DNA of 55,495 nucleotides, the filler included, from Bipalium vagum (Eukaryota), in NCBI GenBank assembly GCA_037834085.1. It is 3 parts of 3 records of this genome, joined end to end, with 100 filler letters (N's around TTAATTAATTAA, not from the genome) between each part and the next. Parts side by side here need not be neighbours in the genome. Positions count along the whole stretch, not along the records: positions 19,686 to 37,886 come from JBBMKC010036773.1; positions 37,987 to 55,495 come from JBBMKC010062531.1; 1 more part is not named here. One strand, given 5' to 3'. The position numbers and the translations under genes were made by a program. Position 1 is the stretch's first letter. Each line of letters begins with the position of its first letter. The notes beneath the pieces were generated by a model. It saw only the letters and a program-made list of their open reading frames with translations, was not told where the DNA came from and searched no databases. Below are positions 24,767-38,554 of this stretch, piece after piece.

Positions 24767-27700
24767 CTGCGACTTCAGAAAGGACCAAATGTTCTGGCAC
24801 CAGAGTCTCTGGTCTGATCCTTGAGTAGAAAGTCTGGTTAAGAATTCCTTGACATCGTCTCGAATCAGTGAGAAATCCGTTATGCTGAGGTGAAGCCATC
24901 TGTCTATCAGTTGCATGGCTGAAAAATGTAAATTGGGAATTTCGCCCGAATTGCGAGCAACTTCACAAGTTTTCATGGAGTAGCAAAAGTTGCTTTCGGG
25001 AATGGAACTTTCGTTTCCCAGCGAAAAGTTGGGACTGGTTGGCCTTTGAATTGACATGGAATCAAATTCCGATTTGATCAAACTTGGCACTTCCGTAGAC
25101 TTCTTGATGAGAGACATTGTGTTGTTTTTTGGTAAGAATAGCAATGATTTCGGCCTTTCAGTGCTGCTGTTAGAGGAAAGTGAAGCTTTTCGAAATTTTT
25201 GCACCTTATTCTCGATCGGCAAGCTCATGGTGCTTTGATTAGATTGTGATATTTTAGAGGAAATGAATTTCTCCTTCATAGATTGAGCAGCCTTCTTTCG
25301 TCTGTGAGAAATGTTCTTGGAGCTCCTGGAATTCTCAGAGTCCGTATGCATGCTGGCATTTGAGGTAGACAAGGTCGTCACACTTTTACTGCTGGAATCG
25401 GAATTGTTTTGGAAATGCTCCAACTTTTTGTGGTGCTTCTCTGAATTGTTTATATGATATAAAACTGAACTGAGAAATTCGTTCTTTTCTATGGGCAAAG
25501 ACGGCGATATATAGATCTCGGGCAAGCTGCGATCTCTGGTGATCTCTGTAAGGTATGGATGAGCAGGAGATTTCGTTTCTTGGTCATTTGTAACAATGCT
25601 TGGAATACCTTGAGAACTGTTTATTATATAACTTCCACCCGGGGTATTTTCGGAATTGACATTGGGAAGAGAATTTGATCGTGAAAGAAGTAAAGAGGGT
25701 GATGCTGATCTGGAATCACCAAGGAAAGGATCCAAGGATATCTTGGGCAAATTTACCAATTCCCGTTGAAGGTCCAACAGTTCTTTTTCAGCTATTGCGG
25801 AGTTTTCCTTCTTATCATCATTTTCCGAATCTTGTAAAGTAGAATTATGCTTGGTTTTCTTTTTCAGACTGGAGCGCCACTTAGCAAACCTTTTAGTATT
25901 TTTTTCCAATATACTTTCCACTATGGATTTCTCGTTTTGTAAGCCAAACAGGGAATCATTTATTGATTTGTCTCGATATAATCTAGGCACATTTTGTGCA
26001 CTTCTATCTTTTCCATTATTATTATTATTGTTATTATTATTATGATTATTATTATTGTTGTTGTTGTTGTTATCTTCTTCCCGAACCCCAACGACCTTGC
26101 AGCTGTATTCATTGGTATTTGGACCTTCCGAATGAATAGCCACTAAACGTTTTTTATCTGGATTAGAAGTATCGAGAGGGTTTGGCAACTTTTCGGAACA
26201 ATATTTCCCATTTGTTTGCGATTCGGCTTTACCTTCATTCGTATCAAAACTAACAATGTTCGAATCTTTTAAAGTAGCTTTCTTAGGTATACCGTGGTCG
26301 TAGTTTTTCGATAGTTCAATATTATGTTCGTTCATTGTCGAGGAACATTGAGACTTCTTAGTTGATTGATGTCTTATCTTCTTTTTATAAGATCTTCCGA
26401 ACAGACGATGGTTCAAGAGCCGGATTATTATCAGAGGATGTATGATGGCCGGTAGTACCAGAAGTAAAGCCTCTCTCAATCTGTCGGTGAGGATACATTT
26501 GAAATGGATATCATCTGACCCAAGGAATGAAAACAGCTTCGTGAACTGTTCGGGAACTTGTGAATATTCTACCGTTGAACTATGATCCTTTAAAAATGTA
26601 ACAGAATGTTAATTATTTGATTTATAATTAACAATAATTTAATTAGTGGTTAAAATAAACAATTTAATTTTTATTAATTTATAATAATTAAATAAATTTT
26701 TAATTAATTAATTTCAATTAATCGATTTTAAATAAAAAGGAAAAATAAACAAAATAATAATAATAAATTTTATATTAAGTAGAAAAACTTTAAAAAATTG
26801 TAATGTTTAGTGAAAACCTAATTTTATTACCAATATAAATTTTATGAAAGGGTCAACCTAAATTGTGACGAAAACAATAGTTAAATGATTGTAATCTTGG
26901 ATTTTTACCGTTCTCGTACCCCCAAAGTAAGGTTTGTTTTTATTTTTCAATATAATCATTTATCACTAGATTTTTTATTTCTTAAATTTTAACATCTTTA
27001 TAATTTTTGAATTTAGTCACAATATTATAATGAAAACTTTTCTAGATGAAGTCAAGTTAAAGATTCAACAAATAAAAACTTATGCAATATGTGCTCATTA
27101 GATATCCCAAATAATATTATAGTTCAGAATTCAATAAATCATTCAGACAGGAATGAAGAAAATTTACCATTGTGGCAATCCTAACTGCTTATTTATGATA
27201 TATAAACAGATCGACTTTCGTAAAAATTTTCTTAAAATGAACCATAAAAAAAATTTAATTTCATGGAAACAATTTATGATTGTCATTATGGGGAAACACC
27301 AATCAATATAAACATTTCTTCGTCTAAGAAGTCTGTGATCTTCTAATATCAGGGGTCACGATTCTGAATGTGATCGATTTTTGAACGATTTGGAAAATTA
27401 AAAACATCTGAAAAGGATTCTTCAAAGAACAACGAAAATCTCTGGTATCCTAAAAAAATTTATCCATGTAGGCAGTCTTTGAGCAGATCTAGTGTTTCAC
27501 TGGTAAACACTTCTCGTGGTCTTTTTTCATTATCAAAAATCAATAAAATTGTGTTGATACCGATTATTTATAAACTTTCATCGGTTTTTATTTCGTTCAA
27601 TATACAAAAAGACAATTTTTTTTGTCAAATCTCATCAGACTTTGCTCTTTTGTGATAAAATATATCAGAATCATTTTTTACTAATTTTTTCTTGAAATAT

Positions 27701-30700
27701 CTTCTTTTTATGTACGTTATGTACACTTAGACTCAAATGTACGTTGTACACTTAACTTGTTACTTTAATATATTTTAAATAAAATTATAATGTAATGTCA
27801 CTAATTTGTCGTAAATTTAATAGATTTTAAAAATTTTCAAAAATGACCCTGGGGGTATGAGAACGGAACTTTAACCGTAAACTTTAATTTGATAAAAATG
27901 GACAATGAGTTCTCAATACACTTTTATTTAGTTTGATTTAAATAAAAATTTTTAAAAAGTGACCATAAGTTTTAGAGAAAACTAAAAGAATTCTTAAGGT
28001 GGACCTAAAGAAATATTGTGTAGGGAAAAAAACGTGCACCTTTTAATGAAAATTTAAAATCAAAAAGTTTTATTGATGGCATGTTCGTAGAACTTCCGGG
28101 GTAAAAAATTGAACAGAAGAACTCACATTGAGAAACTTTGGTTGATACACTCACACCAATGAGTTTTCCAGGCACATGGAATTATAGATAACAGGTGTTG
28201 GTCACTGCAACGTTATTGATATTATTTGAATTTATAAGTCAACATCGATTTTCAGAAATTAGTTGATTAGGTGAAAAATTTCTCCCCTTTTGAAAGGATA
28301 TTTATAAAAAAAATAACTAAATCTTAAAGTTTAAATGTAATTTAAAATCAATGAATTAAGTAACAGTTTTAAAAAATTAGTAAAAGTTTAGAGAATATTA
28401 AAAGAGAATTTTAAAACATCTGATAAAAATATTAAGTTTTACAGTAAAATTAAAGAGCACAATTTTTTTGAAATTATAAATAACAGCTACCAATGTCTTT
28501 AGAGAAAAGCCAAGTTTCTTTGAATAAAATCAGGTAGTGAATTCTACAAGAAGTAAAAAGATTAGGCTAAAAGTTACGAAAGGGTCATTAAAAATTCTTT
28601 TTTATGTTTGAAGATGTTGCAATCAACAAAATGAAAAGTTTTATTTTTAACTTAACAATATATTACAAGAAATATATTTAAAAATTGAAAATTATTTTTT
28701 GTTTAATTATCGCATAAATGATTTTGTTATAATAATTAGTTTGAGTGGATTTGTGGATTTTCAAATAAATTTTTAAAGAAGTATGTATTGCTAAGACTAA
28801 CACCACTTAGTTAATATTTAAACAAATTAATTTTATTAATTTAGTTTTAATAAAATTTTATTTTTAAAAAATTAAATTTTTAACTTTTAATTTACGTTTG
28901 TTTAATTCATTACTTTAAAATATTATACAAGGTTCGGTCAATAAGTAATGCACAATATTTAATAAAACTTTTTATTAACAACATACAAAAATTAAACTTG
29001 GTACATATAAACTCCACATATATGTCTATGTTTTAGGATCATTCAATATATCCACCTTCCATCTGTACGCACCTGATCCAGCGTTCTTTCCAACTCGCAA
29101 AAGCAGTTTGGTAACATTTTATGTCAAGCTTTCTGAACCAGTCTTTGACCTCTTTAAGTAACTGCTCATCATTTTCAAATGTTTTGCCACGAAGAAAGGT
29201 CTTTAATCTACCAAACAAATAGAAATCGGAAGAAGCCAAGTCGGGACTATAAGCTGGTTGAGGTATTAAAATCCATCAATAATTTGAAATTTTTTCCAGC
29301 GTATGCATGGCCGTGTGAGGTCTTGCATTGTCATGATGAAATTTTATTGGTATGTCTTTTAGGTCCGGTCTATTGATTGAGATTGCTCTATTTAGTTTTT
29401 TTAAAGATTGACAATATCATTCCTGGTTGAGTGTCGAATTTCTTTCAAGTGTATCCATGAGTATTAGCCCATCTTGGTCCCAAAAGACAGAGACCATGAT
29501 TTTGTTTTTGGGGAGAGAAAGTCTTGGTTTTTTTCTTGACTGGGGACGTTTTATGGGTCCATTCCATTGATTGGTGTTTCGACGAAGGGTCATAATGATG
29601 AACCCAAGTCTCATCACATGTAATGACACCTTTAAAGGCTTCCGAAGGTGAAGATTCTGGGAAAGATTAATTATGATTATAGATTATGAAAGAGCATAGA
29701 TTAATTTATAAGAATATATTATTATAAAACTGACAAATTACATCGTTTGATTTATTTTGGATTATTGTGCATTACTTATTGACCGAACCTTGTAAATTCG
29801 AATTACGAATTTCAAAAGGATAAAAACTAAGGTTTTTAAAGTGTTTAATATGATTGATGTTTCGCAATCATTAAAAATCACCATCCTTAGGATAAATTTT
29901 ATTTAGAATAGAAATAGTTCTAGTGAACATGCCCAACGTGAACGAGAGATCAATTAGTCCATACAATTTAACATCTGAATTGAGCATTGTAAACCTTATG
30001 ATAAAAAAAGATATATTGTAAGTAGAAGTCGATAATGCCCATACATGATTCTGTGCATTACTGACCATCCTGAATTCAGTCTTTTTAGTAAGCTTGGAAA
30101 ATATAAAAGATTACAAAGACTTCATGTAACATTTCAAAGCGTTGATGATGAGGGTTTTAATGGTTTTCTCAAGGAATTAGATCACAGTGATCGAAAATTC
30201 TGAGGAGTAAACGCAAAACCATACATAAACCGCTTATCATAGATAAATTTAAGAGCGTTTCATAGCTTTAAATTCTTTAAGAAAAAGAATTAAGCTCTTT
30301 ATTATAATATTTAGGCTTGACGTGATTAAACCCAATTGTTACTTATGACTTATGAAAAATATTAAAAAACCATTGTATTAGTCTGAAATTCTCAAGAGGG
30401 TATACCATGAAAAATTCACAATAAACTTTGTTTTATTGAACAAATATTACTTCCAACAACAGACGGACCATACATTCAACCGAACAACCGACTAGAGCCA
30501 TATCCCCTCGGTAAATCATGTGTTTTCCCATGGCCATGTTATGGATGAACACGTCTTCCAAGTTATCCGTAAGGTAATTTCCCGTTCCATGAATGAAATC
30601 AAAGACTGAAATTGTTTAAATAAGACGAAGCATTTTATCTTAAACAAGTATAATTAATCTTTTCTTATGAACATCTTTTGTTGAACGGTTCCAGAACTTT

Positions 30701-33700
30701 GAAGATAATTTAATATTATTGATTATCAAATAAAATCACATTCCAAAGGTTATAAAATATTAAAACATTCTCAGAGTTCTTCTAAGGATTTTATTGATTT
30801 GTGTGCGAGAGAATTAAAGAAGCAAACAAATTATCTTTAAAAATTAGCAGATTTTTTATCAAAGTCTTCTGTTAAATAAAAATAATTGGATTCAGTAAAA
30901 CAAATGGCATCATTTAAAATATTACATTAAAAATATTTTTTTTTATTATTCAAATAAAGGATAAAAGCAAAAATAATATCGAAACGTAATTTATACAACC
31001 GAAATTATGAAAAGTTCCAATAATTTTATTAAAAAATATATCAATTATTAAAAATTCATTTATTAATAATTGAATTTTTGTGAACATGAAAATATATATT
31101 GATTTTTGAAAGATTTATTAATTAAATTAATATCAAATGATTTATCAGGACATTTGGTGACAATATTAATTATTATTTTTACGAAAAAAAACATTTTTCT
31201 TTATATAAAGGTATTTGAATTGAAATAACAAAAAATAATGTACATAATCAAAAATTAAAAAATAAACGGAAATTTTTATCGATATTTTTAATTTTAGATA
31301 TTTTACAACAAAATTGTGTTTAGTAAAATTTGTAAAATAATTTTAAAATTTAAAATATATATGGAAAAATTATATATATATGGTTATTATTATTACATTG
31401 CAATATTGCATGGATTTACAACATTGTTACTTTGTTTTTTGTGTACTTTGAAAGAAAATATGATTAATAAATAAAAAATTAAATGTTAAAAATTAAATAA
31501 ATTTTAAATTAAAATTTTTTAGTCTTTCTTTAATAACTTGGAACAATTCATAGTAAAATTTTAAAAGTTTTTTAAAAAAAAAATTAAAACAAAATCGTGG
31601 TTATTTATCAATAATCGATAATGGTGCATATTTATTTTTTAAAATTTTGAAAACTGAATTTTTTAAAAATTTATTATTTAAATATTAATATTTCAGAAAG
31701 AAAAATGTAAATAATAAATCAATAATAATAATAATATTTTTTAATACTAATATCATTCTTCCATACATTTATTTTATGCTTTCATGAACAAGTCTTGCAC
31801 ACGAACCATTTTCAAATTCACACAGTAGACCGTGTCTGATATGCGTCTTATCTACATCCTTATTTTGTTATTGGTAAATGTGTCTTACAAGATATAATTT
31901 AAACAAATAATCAATTAAATATCCACCTAATAATTAAAGATATTTTTATTTATAAGCAACAATTTACTATATTGTCTGGAAAGTCTTTGTGCATAAAGTC
32001 AACACTTAATTTACAAAGAATTTTATAAAAACAAAACTACATCATTCTTCAAAATAAAAATCATCATTTTCTATGCAGCTGTTCATCTTTCTGCAAGAAA
32101 CTCCATTTGTCGCTAATATATCATTCCTTCGGTTCAAAGGTAAAGAACTTCTGGCATGTGGATTCTACCTCATGAAATGTAATAAACTGCGGACCACGTA
32201 AGAAAGCAGCCATGGTGCGATATTTGAACTGTATGCAGGATGCGGTAAGACATCTTTTACCACTAATTCCTTCAATTTTTGTTGAGCTGCACGAAAACAG
32301 TGTGCTGGAGCGTTATCATATTGATGAAGTGCACACCTTCTAGTCACTAAAGTTGGATAACAGTTGCTCAAAACGGTGTATCCTCCATCAATTTGCTCAA
32401 CATAAAGATGATCATCTACAGGTCTGCCATCTGGAACAAGTTCGAAGTGTATGATACCTTCGAAATTTCACCAAACACATCATATTACCTTTTGCCCGAA
32501 ATGATCCTGTCGTCTCTCTGATAAAGACTCTGTCCCTTGTGAAACCCATTGTCCTCGGTTATAAGGATTACACATAAATATCCATGTTTCATCGCACGTA
32601 ACAATTCTTTTCCAAATCTATTGCGAACTGGTTTTTGATGGAGCTGATTTCAAATTTCAACTTCTTTTTTTGTTTAAGAAACTGTCAATTGACGTGTACC
32701 TTGTCTTGGACGTTTATATTCACAATTCAGATGAATTAAATTTTCATAGACAGTTGACTTAGGAATGGAAGGTGTTGGCAATTCTCTACAACTTGAATGC
32801 TGTTTTTCTCTAAGACGATGCATAATGCTCATTCATCGAGGTGTGATGTGCGATTTGGTTGAGGTTTGTCAACTAAAGTGGTGTCGCCTTCGTTGAAGCG
32901 CTGAAACCAGTTTGCGGTAGTTCAAGTGACTATACCTATACCTTCAAATTCAAAGATATGTTAGGCTGCAGCTTTACACTTCCCTCTTTTTTCAATAATG
33001 CCATTTTATCTTCATTCATTTCCGGCCAACCTGGTAATATCGAATAAGTGCGATTAAAATAGTAATTGTAAAATCTCCAATTTCTTTTCGGCGTACTCAA
33101 TAATAACAAATTATTACAAAAACGGGTGATTTCCTCTGTGTTTTAGTAACGATTTTCATATTGATATACATGTTAACAATGTGCATTTTTATCGACCATG
33201 TTTAAATGACATTTTCGCATAAAAATGTAATATTAGTTAACAGCAATTAACCAATGAAATTGTGAAAGAAATATGTGCACACATTTTATAATTAAAAAGC
33301 GCTCGAACTTATTTGCCTACCAAATATAAAAAATATTATCATAATAATAATAATAATGATAAAAATACGACCAGTTACCAGAGCTGTTGAACAGATCAAA
33401 TCTTCCAGCAAGACAATGAAATTTTCCTAAATAAACAAGAATTTTTGAGGCATGGTACTTCACATAAGGGGAATATTTTGTAGAATAATTTGTATAATAC
33501 CATTCGTCCGATGGCAAAATCAAATGAAGCAGATTATCTTCAATCATAGTTTTTGATAGAGCTTCGTGATATGTTGGATCAATAGCTATCGTTGCCAAAC
33601 ATTGCAGCAACAGACAGAGCAAATGCTGAAACAGAAATGATGTCTATTTTCAAAGTTTAAAAGTTTACAGGATCGTGATTGGGATCAAGTGCGTCCACGA

Positions 33701-34454
33701 GGGTCTTGAAATGGCCATCGCTAAGTAATCGACGCTGTACGTTTGTTGACTGGGCCATTACCGCTAACATTCTAGCGCTCAATATTTGAATACAATGACT
33801 GAGGCAGGATCTCATTCGTGTACTAGGTGAACATTTAATTCTGTTATTAAGCGTTCTTTTCTGCATTGTTATTCGGTTGTGCAGGACACTGAGAATAACT
33901 CCAGGATCCATTTGATTAATCCTTTCAGTGATTATTTTCCTGTAAATCGTTCGATTTTCGTCAAGCAGACGATTGCTACCACATTCACTGGTTGTCGGGT
34001 TGGCATTGCCGGATGATGTATTGGTAGTGTTAGATCCGTTATGATTTTTGGCTTTCACAGACCCACTTTCAAAAGAGCCTATTATTTTCGTACCCGTACT
34101 TCGAATGTTGTTAATGACATTTACCACAGACTGTCTTCTGTTATGGCCGATATTTGTTTGGGCAATGTTTGTAAGATTATTGTTGATGTTGGCCTTATTA
34201 GTCGACAGCCCTGACATTTCTCTTTCGGAAATATCCTTATCATTGTCGTTTCCTTCAATGTTCATATATTCATAAACAGAATTGATAAAGCAAAGATCGA
34301 GCAGCTTGTTGATAATAGTGAGGGCGGTATAATGAATGTACTGTTTTTGTCTTAGCAGATCCATTGATATATCAAGTATTTGTGTCATCTGGAGCATGTA
34401 TACGTATGCCTGGGTACTATTGCTTGAGCAGTCTCGTAATTTGTTGGATATCGT
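24767..34454 (-). CDS. PLCE1: Phospholipase C epsilon-like protein, N-terminal region (four internal exons; catalytic part not in window)
   Basis: Phase-consistent exons 34454-33669, 33625-33379 (after a 43-nt intron), 30605-30451 (missed by the ORF track: EDVFIHN...GCSVECMVRLLLE) and 26587-24767. Motifs LVDALDPNHDPHLLCL, LILPSDEWYYTNYSTKYSPYVKYHASKILVYLG and LPAIIHPLIIIRLLNHRLF are ones I recall from invertebrate PLC-epsilon N-termini; the helical GCSVE..LL / LIDRWL segments look REM-like. Coding status is firm; the family call is from memory. Confidence 0.65.
26908..27866. mobile_element. Non-autonomous DNA transposon (about 960 bp; superfamily uncertain, possibly piggyBac-like)
   Basis: Inverted repeats CCGTTCTCGTACCCCCA (26908-26924) and TGGGGGTATGAGAACGG (27850-27866), 16/17 identical. 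Subterminal direct repeat ATGTACGTT(A)TGTACACTTA near 27710-27755. Confidence 0.6.
28928..29792 (-). mobile_element. Internally deleted mariner with perfect 30-bp TIRs
   Basis: TA|CAAGGTTCGGTCAATAAGTAATGCACAATA and its exact inverse. Catalytic remnants ITCDETWVHHYDP...QSMEW, IMVSVFWDQDG, HHDNARPHT and YSPDLASSDFYLFGRLK. HTH half missing. Confidence 0.95.
31970..33290 (-). mobile_element. Degenerate near full-length mariner (ends approximate)
   Basis: QYDNAPAH, PHPAYSSNIAP, IHFELVP and WFQRFNEGDT remnants. Confidence 0.8.
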
Positions 34455-36204
34455 CTGTAATCAAAAGGTATTTATTAATAATAATAATATTATTAGTATT
34501 ATCTATTCTACTTGGTTTTCTGGAGGATTCTTACTTTTCTATCAAAATTATGTTAAACACGTTTCCGTAAAGATGAAAAACAGATGAAAAAATCTACTTA
34601 ATGAGTCCTTATCATTTTATAATGGGTTTAAAATTGTTTAAATCGGTTAAATCATATTAACTATTTGGCGTTATTTTAAATTTCATAAAAATAAATGTTA
34701 CAGAATCAATTTGTACTACCTTCCATTTTAACAAACAATCGAAAGAATATTGAGAGGTATCAGATATGGATCTCATTCAAAATAGCTGCAGCATGTTGTT
34801 TTTGTTTTAAATGACTATTTTAATCTCAAATTAACATTAAGCTTTGGTTTTATTTTTGAAACTATAAAATATATTAATAAAATTTAACAAAAGTGGGCTC
34901 TATTAAGGTTGCTGTGCTCCCATCAAACGCTACGCTAAATAATAAATATCACTCTGTAAGTCTGGATTCTAAAAAATTTGTATAACAAAAGAAATATTAA
35001 AGTAACCTTGACAAAACACCTGCAGTGATATCGAAGTTCAACATAAGGTATTTATGGTAACGAAAGTTGGTGATGACAACGAATTATCTGAATGAAGTAC
35101 GCATATATTAGAAATGTTCTGTATAATTACGAGATGTATCATGAAGCAAATCGATCATGATAAAAATAATATCCTCTTTGATGAGGGTTCCAAGAACATA
35201 TCAACTTGATGAAATAATTAAGACGGTTATTGATGAAATAATTTATGTTTTCACAATATTGTCATATATTACACAGTTTATCCGAAATCAATTAAGGATT
35301 TTAACTGGTACTTGTAATTTTCTTTAATATATTGGCTGTCAGGGTCATGCACTCTTCACGAGTACATTCTCCAGATGATAGCATATGAATACTATTGTTA
35401 GGAGGCTAAAATAAATTATGCTGAGACGCCGTGTCATATTTCAAACGCTTTAGAGATAGGGACGACTTAAATCACTCTGACGATTCACTATTGGAAAAGC
35501 TGAGCGAATATCACTCTCATCACATTAAAGTGCTAATATATCATTTACGAGGGCTATCATTTATTTTTATTATTTTTATTATTATTTTTATTATTTAAAA
35601 GAAAAACTTGAAGAACAAATTGCTGAAAATTTTTTATAATATTGAATAAAAAACAGCAATGATTCCTTAAAAGCCTAAGTAAAGAAGTGAAGAAGCGTCT
35701 TTTAATTTATAATTTGTATCATCGAATTAGAAGGAAAGGAGGAAATGAAAATTATAAATTTTCTTTTAATTATTACTTTTTTAGAATTATAATTATAGAA
35801 AACTCTCATTAAAGCGGAACTGTTTCCATGATGATAACCTTATCATATTTTATACTTATTAATTAATTTTTTCCCAATTTATTAATATTTAATAAATTTT
35901 TTATAAATAATTAATAATTATGACATCAAAAGTGAAATGTTTTCTTTGAATTAATTTTTATTTCTTTTAATAATTGTGACGGTATGTTCTTATCTCATTT
36001 TTTTGTTTAAATAAATAGAAAATCAACTAATTGAATCTTTATTTTTAGAGTCAATTAGGGAGAAAATAAAACAAAAGATTCATAAAAGAAATCAATAATT
36101 CTCAGTGAATTTTTCTGAAATCGATTTCATTTATGGTTAGAAAATTCAACATGATGGATTAACACAAAAATCGACTTTTAACAATGTCAAATAAATCATG
36201 AAGA

Positions 36205-37110
36205 AATGGTTTATCTCCAAAGATCTTTTGAAAAAGTTTGGAAAGGTACAGGTAATGTTATGGAATAGTCCTTAGTAATGAACTAGGTCACCTATAACGT
36301 TATGAAATTTTTTTCCCGGAAAGGCAAACAGGCCAGTGAAGCCGTTAAAAAAGTATTTGCGCCGTTTATGTCTCAGAGAAGTGAGAGTGGTTGTCACAAT
36401 TTTTGCCTAGGCATGTTTTAGTTGAAAGATGCAGCGTGTTCAGGGCGACCAATCGCTGAAATAAAAGATGGAGTCATAAAAATAATGAAGCAAGGCGTCA
36501 CACAAGCAGTTAAAGCATTACTAAGTATTTAAGCATCTATTAAAAAATTGATTTAAAACTGTCGTCACAAGTGAAAGCTTGATATTCGGGTGCCTCAAAA
36601 TTTACTTGAAAAGAATTTTATCACCAGAATTTCTATTTGTGAATCTTTTTTAAATAGCGAACTTGGATTATTTCTTTAAAAATATGATCTCCAGCGGAAG
36701 AATTGTTCATTTCAGATTATAATGTGAGAAAAGATCCTGGTTCTCAAAGCTCCATAAATTATTGCAAAATCAATATCACGACAACTCCAGCCAGACACAT
36801 CTTTACGAACTCCAAAAATAAGATCTCGACTGGGTATTTCCGATGCATCCGGCGTATAATCAAACATGGCACAGCCGGAGTATCATTTCTGCAGAATTCT
36901 CCTTATGTGTTCCAATGGTTTCAGAAAAACATGTGAAAAGTACATTGTACTGCTTTGTAATCAGAAAATCTACAGTGGTGACATTATGAATTTACCAGAT
37001 AAACAGTGAAAGGTTATCTAACATTTTGATTCAATAAAGCTGATTCGTTATATGAAGAGAGGTTGTTTGTGTTTTACTTAAAATACCGAGAAAACCCTTT
37101 AGATGACAGT
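36205..37110 (+). mobile_element. Degenerate mariner (ends approximate)
   Basis: KGKQASEAVKK/ICAVY HTH remnant, RVPQNL (WVPHEL-like) and LDWVFPMHPAY remnants. Confidence 0.7.
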
Positions 37111-37809
37111 ATATATTTTTCATTTATTTATTGTCATTTTTTTATTTAGTGAACCTACTTCTAGTCGACTCTGTTGTAAGTGACTTTTGACTTACCAAAA
37201 CCCTTTTCAAATAATCTCATCCTATTTCGGACAAAATGTTCATTGACTTTCACTCTTTGCAGATATAAAGTAATTTAGATTTGAGAATCTCTAAGTACGA
37301 GAAGGTTCAAGAAGGGTCAGTTATAGATTGGTGGGCTCATAAAGTTGACAAGTCTTATTGTTTTATCAATTTATTTATAATCAATTAAATAGAAAGATTT
37401 AAGTGATAATTTATTCGCATAGCACAGTTAATTATTTAATTATCTTTGATTGACGTTCATGATTCTGTATGGCCATTGCAAACTGGTTTTTATTCATGTT
37501 GTTATCTTAAGCTGTCTATTAAATATCATCTTTTCTTCCGTTACATGTTAATTATATTTTAAAAATTAGTTTTTTGATCGTTGTTATTTAATACGTAATT
37601 GATTGATCTGAGCGTGATCGCTTCCTTAACTTAATTATTGTTTTGGCTTCTGTTATCCTACATCCTTAAGGCAAATTTAAGAGAACAATGGTCAGCGTTA
37701 ACTCCTTGTATTACCAGTGGTAACTCTTAAGTGAAAGTCAACTATAAGAGACCACTTAAAAATAATAATAAAATAATAAAAAGATAAATGTTAAAGTATT
37801 AACATATTT

Positions 37810-37886
37810 AAATTATAAAATTATAAAATTATAAAATTATAAAATTATAAAATTATAAAATTATAAAATTATAAAATTATAAAATT
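37810..37886. repeat. (TTATAAAA)n 8-mer tandem repeat at contig end
   Basis: About 9 perfect units running into the spacer. Confidence 0.95.
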
Positions 37887-37986
37887 NNNNNNNNNNNNNN
37901 NNNNNNNNNNNNNNNNNNNNNNNNNNNNNNTTAATTAATTAANNNNNNNNNNNNNNNNNNNNNNNNNNNNNNNNNNNNNNNNNNNN
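37887..37986. other. Artificial assembly spacer (44N + TTAATTAATTAA + 44N)
   Basis: Same 100-nt structure as 19586-19685. Confidence 0.97.

Positions 37987-38058
<72 letters not shown>
37987..38058. repeat. (TTA)n microsatellite at contig start
   Basis: About 24 perfect units. Confidence 0.95.
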
Positions 38059-38059
<1 letters not shown>

Positions 38060-38079
38060 TGAAGAAAAGTAGGAATTTT

Positions 38080-38554
38080 AAAATTAACGTATATTGTTGA
38101 TGTTCGATTTTAAATCGGACCTAATACTTATCAATGACCACGACACAATGAAACCATTGGAAATGGTACCACTTTTTCATTGGACCACATATGATTGGTT
38201 TAGGAAATTCAGTAGTAGTAAATTTAACATTGAAAATCAGCCAAAAGAGGATTGACCGTCACTCATTAACTCAAATACCTTCGGTCTGCTGTGTCGAAGC
38301 AGATCCACCAAAAACATCATGTGAGCTTTCTAAAATGTTTGGTGTCAATCAGACCTCTTGTTTACGTCATTTGAAGGAAATTTGGAAGATAAAAAAATTA
38401 TACGAATGTGTCCCTTGTTAACTGACAGACTTTGACGGCCAATGCCGTATAGATGCATGTATGACATTGCTATCAAAAAACGTCGTTATGATTGACTCAG
38501 TAAAGTCGTCATCGCAGATGAAAAACTGTTGCAATTACTTTATTTCCATCCTAA
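38080..38554 (+). mobile_element. Deleted mariner (N-terminal remnant joined to right TIR)
   Basis: VEADPPKTSCELSKMFGVNQTSCLRHLKEIWKIKKLYECVPC*LT and VIADEK, then directly GCAATTACTTTATTTCCATCCTAA|TA (mariner TIR). Confidence 0.75.

Noticed and set aside
25056-26045. Plus-strand ORFs inside the large PLC-like exon, including a poly-Leu end
   Set aside because: Antisense shadows; the poly-Leu is the reverse of the Asn repeat.
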